Of a stretch of 64,000 bases of DNA, positions 12,301 through 22,371 are shown piece after piece. The DNA comes from Okamejei kenojei. Taxonomy: Eukaryota. The position numbers and the translations under genes are program-made. The first letter of the stretch is position 1; every line of letters starts with the position of its first letter. The DNA is taken from the NCBI GenBank assembly GCA_035221665.1, contig CM069131.1, positions 132,122,001 to 132,186,000 on the forward strand. Reading direction: 5' to 3'. The notes under the pieces were generated by a model. That model searched no databases. It had not been told where the DNA came from and saw only the letters and a program-made list of their open reading frames with translations.

Positions 12301-14390
12301 TGGTATGTTGGCATTCATAGCAAAAGGAATTTGAGTACAAGAGCAGGGAGGTTCTACTGCAGTTGTACAGGGTCTTGGTGAGGCCACACCTGGAGTATTG
12401 CGTACAGTTTTGGTCTCCTAATCTGAGAAAGACATTCTTGCCATAGATGGAGTACAGAGAAGGTTCACCAGACTGATTCCTGCACGACTTCCATATGAAG
12501 AAAGACTGGATAGACTTGCTTGTACTCGCTGGAATTTAGATGATTGAGGAGGGATCTCATAGAGACTTACAAAATTCTTAAGGGGTTGGACAGGCTAGAT
12601 GCAGGAAGATTGTTCCCAATGTTGGGGGAAGTCCAGGACAAGGGGTCACAGTTTAAGATAAGGGGGAAGTCTTTTTTCACTCTCTGTGTGAAATTGTTTT
12701 TTCACACAGAGAGTGGTGAATCTGTGGAATTCTCTGCCACAGAAGGTAGTTGAGGCCAGTTTGTTGGCATATTTAAGAGGGAGTTGGATGTGCCCTTGTG
12801 GCTGAAGGGATCTGGTAGTATGGAGAGAAGCAGGTACAGGATACTGAGTTGGATGATCAGCCATGATCATATTGAATGGCGGTGCAGGCTCAAACGGCCG
12901 AATGGCCTGCTCCTGCACCTAATTTTATGTTTCTATGTTTCTATGTCTCTTGCCCAGAGTAGGTGAATCGAGGATCAGAGGACATAGGTTTAAGGTGAAC
13001 GGGAAAAGAAACAGTTGTACAGGGTCTTGGTGAGGCCACACCTGGAGTATTGCATACAGTTTTGGTCTCCTAATCTGAGGAAAGACATTCTTGCCATAGA
13101 GGGAGTACAGAGAAGGTTCACCAGACTGATTCCGGGGATGGCACGACTTCCATATGAAGAAAGACTGGATAGACTCGGCTTGTACTCGCTGGAAGTTAGA
13201 AGATTGAGGGGTGATCTCATAGAGACTTACAAAATTCTTAAGGGGTTGGACAGGCTAGATGCAGGAAGATTGTTCCCGAGTTGGGGAAGTCCAGGACAAG
13301 GGTCACAGTTTAAGGATAAGGAGAAGTCTTTTAGGACCGAGATGAGAAAATCGTTTTTTCACACAGAGTAGTGAATCTGTGGAATTCTCTGCCACAGAAG
13401 GTAGTTGAGGCCAGTTCGTTGGTCATGTTTAAGAGGGAGTTGGATGTGGCCCTTGTGGCTGAAGGGATCAGGGGGTATGGAGAGAAGGCAGGTACAGGAT
13501 ACTGAGTTGGATGATCAGCCATGATCACATTGAATGGCAAGTGCAGGCTCGAAGGGCCGAATGGCCTGCTCCTGCACCTAATTTCTATGTTTTTCTTCTA
13601 TGTTTACCCTCCAATCCACAGGAACTGATCCTGAGTCTATGGAACATTGGAAAATTATACCAATGCATCCTTGATTTCTAGAGCCGCTTCCTTAAGTACC
13701 CTAGGATGCAGACCATCAGGCCCTGGGGATTTATCAGCCTTCAGTCCCATCATTCTATGCAACACCATTTCCTGCCTAACTGTGGATTTCCTTCAGTTCC
13801 TCCGTCGCCCCAGATCCTCTGGCCACTCCTATATCAGGAAGATTGTTTGTGTCCTCCTTACTGAAGACAGATCCAAATTACCTGTTCAACTCATCTGCTA
13901 TTTCCTTGTTCCCCATAATAAATTCACCTTTTTCGGTCTTCAGGGTCCAACTTTGGTCTTAACTAAGATTTTCCTTTTCACATACCTAAAGAAGCTTTTA
14001 CTATCCTGCTTTATATTCTTGACTAGCTTACCTTCGCATCTCATCTTTTCTTCCTGAAATTGTCTTTTTGGTTATCTTCTGTTGTTCAGTTAAACATTAC
14101 CCAATCCTTTTGCTTCCCGCTCATCTTTGCTACGTTGTACTTCTTCGCTTTAATTTTTATACTGTCCCTGACGTCCCTTGTCAGCCATGGTCATCCATTT
14201 TTCCCCTTAGAATCTTTCTTCCTCCTGGCAATGGATCGTGCACCTTCTGTATTATTCCTAGAAATACCTGCCATTTTTGTTCCACTGTCATCCCTGCTAG
14301 TGTATCTTTCCAGTCAACTTTGGCCAGCTCCTCCCTCATGGCCCCATAGTCCCTCTTTATTCAACTGCAACACTGGCAACCTCCGATTTT
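9388..14390 (-). mobile_element. CR1 LINE (9388-10834 and 13605-14390) interrupted by a plus-strand CR1 insertion
   Basis: Antisense RT ORFs 9994..10395 and 10322..10642; the element resumes at 13605 after a duplicated taccct. Confidence 0.8.
10835..13604 (+). mobile_element. CR1 LINE, 5'-truncated, with a duplicated 3' end
   Basis: ORFs 10841..11170, 11580..11885, 13015..13371; two (TTCTATGT)-type tails at ~12925-12945 and ~13580-13604. Confidence 0.85.
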
Positions 14391-14942
14391 TTTGGTGAAT
14401 CTCTGGAATGCTCTGCCACAGAAGGTGGTTGAGGCCATTGTTCAAACTATTCCCTTCCGGCAGACGTTACAAGGCCTTCTACGCCCGCACCTCCAGACTC
14501 GGGAACAGCTTCATTCCCAGAGCTATAGCGGCTCTGAACCGGCCCTGCTGAGTACCCCCCCCACCCCATGGACTGTCTCCCCCGGCCTCGCACTTTAGGC
14601 AGTGTTGATTTTACTGGTCTAATGTTCGATTTTACAACCTTGTTCTCAGGGTATCTAAACCTAAATTTTATTTATGACATCGGATGGAAGTTGCAAACCA
14701 AATCTCGTTGCACTTATGTGTAATGACAATAAATATATTATTATTGTTGTTATTATTATTATTCATTGGCTATATTTAAGAGGGAGTTAGATGTGGCCCT
14801 TGTGGCTAAAGGGATCAGGGGGTATGGAGAGAAGGCAGGTACAGGATACTGAGTTGGATTATCAGCCATGATCATATTGAATGGTGGTGCAGGCTGGAAG
14901 GGCCAAATGGCCTACTCCTGCACCTATTTTCTATGTTTCTAT

Positions 14943-15245
14943 GTTTGAAAACGCAAAAGTGTTTTTTGGTTTGAAAACGCAAAAACTGTTTTTGGTTTGA
15001 AAATGCAAAAGCTCTTTTGGTTTGAAAATGCAAAAGCCTGTGTTTTTGGTTTGAAAATGCAAACGTTTTTGGTTTGAAAATGCGAAAGCTGTTTTTGGTT
15101 TGAAAATGCAAAAGCTCTTTTTGGTTTGAAAATGCAAAAGCTGTGTTTGGTTTGAAAATGCAAAAGCTGCTTTTGGTTAGAAAATGCAAAAGCTGTTTTT
15201 TGGTTTAAAATGCAAAAGCGGGTGTTTCCTTATTGCAAAAGCGGG
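14943..15245. repeat. ~26-bp minisatellite, right part
   Basis: About 11 units of ttttggtttgaaaatgcaaaagc; the overlapping periodic ORFs here are artefacts. Confidence 0.9.
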
Positions 15246-16130
15246 TAATGCAACTTTGTAGATGACACTGAAATGGATGGTATCATAGACTGTGAAGATA
15301 GTTATCAAGAATTACAGTGGGATCTTGTTCAGCTGGGCAAGGGGCCGAGGAATGGCTCACGATGCAGATGAAGATGTGTGAAGAATTGCATTTTGGGAAG
15401 TCAAATCAGGGAAAGACCTTCACAGTTACCCTTAAGGCCTTTCAGTGTGTTGAACAGCAGAGGGGTCTAGGAGTGCAGGTACATAGTTCCCTGTTGCAAT
15501 CCAGGTGGATAGGGTGGTGATGAAAGCTTTTGGCATGCTGGCCTTCATCAGCCAGGGCATTTAGTGTAGAAGTTGGGAAGTTATATTGCAGTTGTACAAG
15601 ATGTTGGTGAGCATTGTGTTCAGTTTGGGTCACGCTGATGTTAGAAGGATGTCATTAAGCTGGAAAGAGTTCAGAGAAGATTTACGAGGATGTTGCCAGA
15701 GTTAGAGAGCCCGAGCTATCAGGAGAGGTTAGGCACACTAGTGCTTTATTCCGGAGCGCAGGATGCTGAGGGTGATCTTGTTGAGATATACAAAATCATG
15801 AGGGAGTTGATGGGATGAATGCGCGGAGTCTTTTTCCGAGGAAAGGCATTCAAGAACTAGAGGGCATAGGTTTAAGATCAAATGTAAATAGGATCCCAAG
15901 GAGCAATAAATAGGGTGTGGGTATACGGAATATGCTGCCACATGAAGGGTTGAGGCAGGTATAATAACAAAAAATTAAAATTACATTTGGACAGGTAAAT
16001 GGACAGGAAAGATTTAGAGGTTTAGAACGATACGGGCCAAATAGGCTAGCGTAGATGGGGCATCTTGGTCAGGATGAACAAATTGGGCCAAGGACCTGTT
16101 TCCATGTAGTATTGATCTATGACTCAATGA
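15246..16130 (+). mobile_element. Old CR1 LINE 3' end
   Basis: Degenerate FVDDT, ELHFGKSNQG, and CR1-type 3' UTR. Confidence 0.7.
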
Positions 16131-17850
16131 TTCTAACATATGAAATATTATCAGCAGAATAGTCTCAATGTTCTAAGAATCCCAGATTAGGAAAATGACA
16201 AATAAGTACTAGTGTGAGGATTGGGCTGAAAATAAAATATGCTTAAATAGTTTATCTCAATGGGAACTTAAAAGGTAAAAAGTTGATTAAGCCAAAAATA
16301 TAAATTTTATAGCCAATTTTTGGAACCCGCGGAATATAAGCACATAGTAGGCGGGCAGAACATGCTCAGCCGCTGGTCTTCTTGTTCGCAGGATGCATGA
16401 GGTATTCAGAGGGCCCTGCTGGTCCCGAAGTGTCACTGCAACATTTGCTCTCTCTCAGGGATCCCAGTTTGGAAGATTGATCAGATCCTACACTGAACTG
16501 GCTGATCAGTAGAAACCAACAGCTGGATCCCTGAAATTGTTCCAGCACTCAGTACTCACAGGCAATCTATGCTTCCCAGGGTGTGTAATCCCTACTCCCT
16601 CATTTTCACCTCTGAATTGCAGTTGCGTTCCGATTTCATCATTGTACACAAATTTGCAAGCAAATCAATTTTCCTGGAACACCCCCCACTCCATCACCAA
16701 AGCTCTGGTGTTAGTGCAGCAGAACCCTAATTTTGAATTAAATGTGGGGTTTTTTTGTGTTTTTTTTTTTTTTTGCAACAGTTGTGTGGGTGCAGTTCAT
16801 GCCATAATGTAATGAAGGTCTGTCTGACCAAGGTATTAAACCATAATTTAATTCAGGTTAGAGCCTGAATGATCTGGGTAAAAATGGAGGTACGCGGGGT
16901 TAGACCCAAAAGGACAGCATTCCTCCTGTTTCCACCTGGAGAAGTAACTTGTTCTCTCAAAGTTATTTCTCCCAGAATTTCAGTGAGTTAATAAATGGAG
17001 CCACAGCAAAGAATAGTATTCTGAAGATGTTATTTTGCATTTGCCATAAACAATGTCACAAGGATACAGTTTCTCTGGAGATTACAATCAAATGTTTCAT
17101 CATCAGCACTGGCAATATTTCCATGAAAAGGGTTTAGCAAGGGTTATTACAGATATTTTAAGAATCCAAATAGATAAATAAAATTATACATCGGCTTTCA
17201 GCGTTTTTTGCTAGCTCCCACATTGTGCGTAACTTAAATTTGCACAAACATATATCATTGCTTTTAATTGTCAAAAATTAAAAAAGCCAGGCAAAATGAA
17301 TTAATAGAAAATAACTTTGCAGTAAAAAATACAGTAGCAGAAACATGATTCCCTTCTAATTCCATTATGTGACAGTTTCTTGTTTTGTCAGCATTTTCCG
17401 GGCGTTTTTCTCCTTTTCTGCCCATGAGGGTCTCAACCCAGATCAGATACAATCAGGTAAACAAGATTTTATGACAGTTTGTGCTGAGTCCTGTTCAACA
17501 CATTTCCCAGGCTCTCTGGCAGCATTTGAAGTAGTCATACAGTTAACACCATGTCCACGAGAACATCAGCAGAGAAAATGGAATCAATAATGTCCATAGA
17601 ATTGTCTACAAGTGGGAACAAATAAAATTAATGTCAATGTAACATAGAGATAATGGTCGTATAGGAGAGGAATGATTGTTAACAGTATGACCTGTTAAAA
17701 AATGAACATAGTAGGTGTATGTGGCCAGAACGTTCAGAAGCACAAACTAACACTGTGTCATCAATAATAAGTCTTTTTACATATGGAAAAAAAACCCAAT
17801 TATTTTGAGTTTCTTTAACATTCAAGTGACCTTGAAGTTTTTGAAACATT

Positions 17851-17856
17851 TTTAAT
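17851..17856 (-). promoter_or_regulatory. Candidate polyadenylation signal (ATTAAA) of the granzyme-like gene
   Basis: About 75 nt after the TAA stop; a GU/U-rich tract follows at ~17785-17800 on the minus strand. Confidence 0.4.
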
Positions 17857-17929
17857 ATATCAATTTCCTTCTAATTCATTTCACTGATAAACAAGTTACT
17901 TTATAAAAAGTGACAAACACATCTTCCTG

Positions 17930-18130
17930 TTAAATTTGTTCTGCTGGCTTACTAAAATTCACAACTCCAATTTTTTCCTTGATCCAGGAGAGATATTTGT
18001 CTGTTAACCGGATATATATGCCGGGTTTTTTTGAATTTCCACATTCCTTTCTGGCTGTAGAAACACCGACAACCTCCTTCTTCCAGCTCAATGTCTTTTT
18101 CTTGCACATTAATGGATCTCCCGCATCAAC
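17930..18130 (-). CDS. Granzyme-like exon 5 (VDAGDPLMC...KPGIYIRLTDKYLSWI, stop)
   Basis: Acceptor ctcttttttag at 18131-18141; TAA at 17932-17930. Confidence 0.9.
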   Translation of the reverse strand, partial: VDAGDPLMCKKKTLSWKKEVVGVSTARKECGNSKKPGIYIRLTDKYLSWIKEKIGVVNFSKPAEQI

Positions 18131-21100
18131 CTAAAAAAGAGTTTTAGAAATTATGCTTGAGTGAGCGGGTGTGTGGGGGGAGTGAGCGGGTGTGTGGGGA
18201 GAGTGAGCGGGTGTGTGGGGAGAGTGAGCGGGTGTGTGGGGAGAGTGAGCGGGCGTGGGGAGAGTGAGCAGGCGTGGGGAGCGCTTCTGCCAGCTCTGTC
18301 CCCGATTCTTGCAGCTCGCAGTGGGGAAGAAGGGCTGGGGAGAGAACCCGGCACAAATTGCCCACAGCCCTACAGCAGTCAGCAAATCCATCCCTATGTA
18401 TCATTACCATTTCTTTGAATTATATAATATTTATGATATCCATGTCAGACATTTGTATAAGGGTAGCATATATTTTCCTGTTATTTTGGCCATGTAATTT
18501 AATGTGTTTAACTTACCAAGCAGGAATCTTTCTTCCCCTTTTTATCAGTGGCGCATATCATATTGTCTGTTATAACTGGACTCCTGTTATAATACTTATT
18601 ACTATTACAGGTTTTCCGATCCAACACTGTTACTTCTGCTTCTTTCAAAACTTCAGAACGTGATTTATCCTTTGAATTGGTTTGTCCCCATCCGATGAGA
18701 CTGCACTTTAGTCCAGATTTGGGGTCCTTTGCTGAAGTTGGAAGTTGGAGGATTTCCTTACTTTTAATATTTGCAGCTTGTCCTAACTGCAATAAATAAG
18801 AAAAATATATCAGTTTCCATTTTCATGTCATGCTATGCTTGCAAGATTATAACATAGATGCACGTAGAAAAATATACAAATGTTAAAGTATATTTCTTGT
18901 TGCGATTACTTTATTAAAGTACAATGTTTAAAAGGTAGAAAGACCACCCAAATTAACAATGCCTTTAAATTTAGGGCCAAGGTGAGCCCAGGCCGTAAGT
19001 AAGTAGAGTATCAATTGCTAATCTCATCATAATTATATGAGGTGAACATAAATATGTTGGTTAATTAATGCATTTATCCATAATCTAAATTTCTCATCCG
19101 GCTGCCAGTGAGAATACCACAGGTTTGTAGTGTACAGGTTATTGAACAATAATCACCTCCAAAAGCATAATGTCATTGTCCAGTGCATTCTTAAATTCAG
19201 GATGTGGGAAAAAGTTTTTAATAGAAATTTTCTGTTCTGTCTTATCCTTCTTCTGTTGTGACTGAGGTCCAAGAATGACGATGGATCTCTTTTTTTTGAC
19301 CAGCCTGTAATTTTTGTAAAGTGATAAATTACTTGAAATAGCAATATTGGAAATAAAAACAACACAATACATGTAATGCTTTTACGAAAAGTTGACAGCA
19401 TTTTTCAAGGATGGATGGACCAGCTGAGATGCGGCATCTTGGTCAGCAGGAACGAGTTGGGACGAAGTGCCGGCTTTCATGCTGTATGACTCTATGAATC
19501 AGTCCAATTACCTTAATAGTCACGCAGCAGAGTGGGGATTTAATCTCAGAGCTAGTGGCCAGGAACTGTAAGCTGTAACACAAGCAAACTAAAAAAAATG
19601 TGACAAGAGCAACATAAAAAAGAAAGTGACTAAAATATATATATTAAAAAATTATTGCTTCAAATATTCAATCAACTTGTTCTATCATGGAATTAAATTT
19701 TTGTTCATCTGTATTTCAGACCATTCAATTACTTTGGTTCACTGCCAATATAAATGCTTAACAAAAATCTCAGTTCTGAAATTTTTGACTGACCAATATT
19801 TATCAGCTTTTAGGGTGGTTCATGAGATTTCCCTTATCCTTTATGTGATAATAACCCCCGCTGAATGATGTTGCTCATGTTAGGCTCACTCTATAATAGT
19901 CTAACTTGAGAAGAATACAAGCATCATTTAATCATGGCTCAATATTTAATAACTTCAGCCCAGGTTCATTCAGATGCATTGACAAATGCACACATTCCCA
20001 GGTCAGCATAACTTTCCTGTTGTGCAGCAGAGTATTAAATGTTCTGAAGAAGGGTGTCGATCTGAAATGCCACCTATCCATGTTCTCCAGAGATGCTGCC
20101 TGACCTGTTGAGTTACTCCAATACTTTATGTTGCCTCAAGTGATGTCTGTTGTTTTTAATCATTCAAGGGACATGCCAGTGCTGATGAGGCCTAAACTTA
20201 GCCCTCTTATTTTAAAGGCTAACTTCTCAGTAGCCAACTTTATTTTGATTTTTTATTTATTCACTATCTGTGGATATTGCTGAAAAGACCAGAATTCAAT
20301 GCCCATCCCTTAGAGATGAGAAGAAGGATGTAGTATTAGCCTCAATTAAAGGTAGCAATGAGCCACTTTCTCACACCATTGCAGTTTGTGGTTAAGATCC
20401 TCTTACAGTGCTGCTCCAGAGACAGTTCCAGGTTTTTATGCAAGAGGTGATGAAGGAATTACAATGCATTTCTAAGTAGGAATGCTATGTAGTTGGAGGG
20501 CAATGTGAGCAAGGTGGTGATCTTATTTTCACCAATCTTGGCCTGAGCAACACAATGTGGGGAAGCAGTTGGTGTTACTGCCTCGACTCGGGTTTAATCA
20601 TCATCTCTCGTGCTATCTGAGCGAAGTTTCAATGTAATAACTGTGACTGTAGGTTTCCCCCACGTGACTTGGTTTTCTCTCGCATCGAAAAAGAATCAAG
20701 AGGGTTTGATGGACATTGGTGAGAATTGCAGAGGTGCAGGGAAATGAGGACAAGGGAAATGGGAGCCAGCATGGAGCCAACAGCCAAACAATATCCACTG
20801 ATGGCGTCTGCAGCCTTCTTAAGGCAGCAATTGAGACTACAGTTAATTGTGGATTTCAGTAAGGCCATCCTTACTGAAAAACAAATTGCCTCACATTTTT
20901 CCTCACTGAGGTACAAGTGGTCAAATTATGACCTGATTAGGGTAGCATGATGTTTTCTACTAATAGCCTTTCTTCCCTTTCACCTGTTCTCTGCACTAGC
21001 AAACTATCCTGCTCCCAGCAATTCTAGTGTGTTCCTGTGGCTGAGCAGCTGGTTTGTGCAGAAGCTGTGAAATTAGTAAAATGGCCTTCAGCATTCACCA

Positions 21101-22371
21101 TCCTGCTGCCTGTGGACTTCTGCAACTTGAAACCACTCCAGCAAGCATCTAAATTTGTGAAATCGGACAGAAGCATTCTTTTTTGTGGCCGAGCGTGTGT
21201 TGCGCTGTACCAACTGCACCCAGTTAAGTGGGAGCTTTGACTGAGCAGAAAGCGGTAAAATCACAGTGGTGACATCAATTCAGGTCTGCACGCTGACTTA
21301 CTTTAGGATCTGCCTGCTGTGCATAGTGCTGATGGTCTTTGTACTGTTCAAAATGCTCTCGTCAATCTGACCCTCTGCCACATGTACTGTCCATCCTATT
21401 TTGAAATTCATACACATTTGAAGGGCTAAAAATTGAGCTAATTCTCCCATTTCCTTATTATGTATACATAACACTAAAAATGTTCAGCTTGTAGCCAGGT
21501 CAGTGCAGGACATTACTTTTATACTTTAAACTTAATTTTGTCTGTTAATTTATTTCAATTATTTCTCGTCATATTTGCTTTCAGAACTCACAGTTGAACA
21601 ACAATCCTATTGTTCAAATACCTTTCCACATACATTTAGCTGATCGTATTCATGTTGATCATCATGTTGGTCATTATGCCTGCTGCATTTTATCATTTTT
21701 TTGTGATAAATTGATACATTTTTCTCTGAACCTGAGAAAAATCAGCATTACCTTAAACTTTTTTTTGCCAGAGCTGTTTCTCATTTGATGTCTTTATCAA
21801 CATAATAATCAACATAATTGATGATTGTAGCAAGCAATTGTCCAGCATAACCTCACCGTACATATTGGTTAACTCTTATCCACCAAATACCCGTGTAATC
21901 ACGCATTACCATCTTTATTTTGGTAATGAAGTCATTTTAAAATGCAAGTTGAAAAGATGACCCCAGCTGCATATTTTGTATCATTATAACATGGTTTACT
22001 GAAACAAATTGGAAGCATCCCTCATTGAAGTGTAATAATGAAGGGTAAACTAGAAATGAATAAAATATCTTACTGTAGACAACTTGCTGCAGTCAGAACC
22101 CATTTTACATGGATCAAACTTCCTCCACATACATGCTTGTTATTAGCTTGGATGGACACCATGAAAGGTTTTGAATAAGGTTTAGCGTCATGACCCCCAA
22201 TGATTTCCATACAGTCATCTACAGAGGAAAAAATACACAACTATCATTAAGAGCACTTAGTTCAACAAACTTAGAAACCCACCTCCTTAAATACTTACAG
22301 CCTTGGCCAGCCAAGACAGTGGCCACTAAAGCAACAAGTGCTGCCTGAAGCATGCTGATCATTTTGTCCAT
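17930..22371 (-). CDS. Granzyme K/A-like serine protease homolog, catalytically inactive (His57Ser, Ser195Ala); 5 coding exons, 278 aa
   Basis: join(22371-22299,22218-22074,19304-19157,18786-18517,18130-17930) = 837 nt, no stops or frameshifts, all introns GT-AG, phases 1/2/0/0. Protein: MDKMISMLQAALVALVATVLAGQGYDCME-IIGGHDAKPYSKPFMVSIQANNKHVCGGSLIHVKWVLTAASCLQLVKKKRSIVILGPQSQQKKDKTEQKISIKNFFPHPEFKNALDNDIMLLELGQAANIKSKEILQLPTSAKDPKSGLKCSLIGWGQTNSKDKSRSEVLKEAEVTVLDRKTCNSNKYYNRSPVITDNMICATDKKGKKDSCLVDAGDPLMCKKKTLSWKKEVVGVSTARKECGNSKKPGIYIRLTDKYLSWIKEKIGVVNFSKPAEQI. Confidence 0.92.
18159..18281. repeat. G-rich minisatellite (gagtgagcgggtgtgtgggga) in intron 4
   Basis: Four 21-bp units and two ~19-bp units. 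Confidence 0.9.
18517..18786 (-). CDS. Granzyme-like exon 4 (LGQAA...CSLIGWG...MICAT...KDSCL)
   Basis: Within ORF 18508..18792; acceptor ttgcag, donor gtaagt; contains Asp189 (18526-18528). Confidence 0.92.
19157..19304 (-). CDS. Granzyme-like exon 3 (...FFPHPEF...DNDIMLLE)
   Basis: Within ORF 19139..19372; acceptor ttacag, donor gtgatt; catalytic Asp102 retained (19172-19174). Confidence 0.92.
22074..22218 (-). CDS. Granzyme-like exon 2 (DCME-IIGG...HVCGGSLI..KWVLTAASCL)
   Basis: Acceptor ttcctctgtag, donor gtaaga; codon 57 is AGT (Ser) at 22084-22082. Confidence 0.93.
22299..22371 (-). CDS. Granzyme-like exon 1 (signal peptide)
   Basis: Hydrophobic MDKMISMLQAALVALVATVLAGQG, phase-1 donor gtaagt, 80-nt intron 1; the actual start could be either downstream in-frame Met. 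Confidence 0.88.

Noticed and set aside
14872-15189. Periodic ORFs and a CRISPR-like appearance
   Set aside because: Simple tandem minisatellite without unique spacers; eukaryotic context, no cas genes
16321-17600. Non-repeat-looking stretch with short ORFs downstream of the granzyme-like gene
   Set aside because: No recognisable domain or consistent exon structure; I found no second granzyme or ESM1 exons
18131-18418. Repetitive PAHSPHT / VSGCVGR ORFs
   Set aside because: Translations of the intronic 21-bp minisatellite
17930-22371. Calling the granzyme-like gene a pseudogene, or naming it GZMK/GZMA
   Set aside because: No stop, frameshift or splice defect, so pseudogene is unsupported; orthology needs a phylogeny, so no symbol is given
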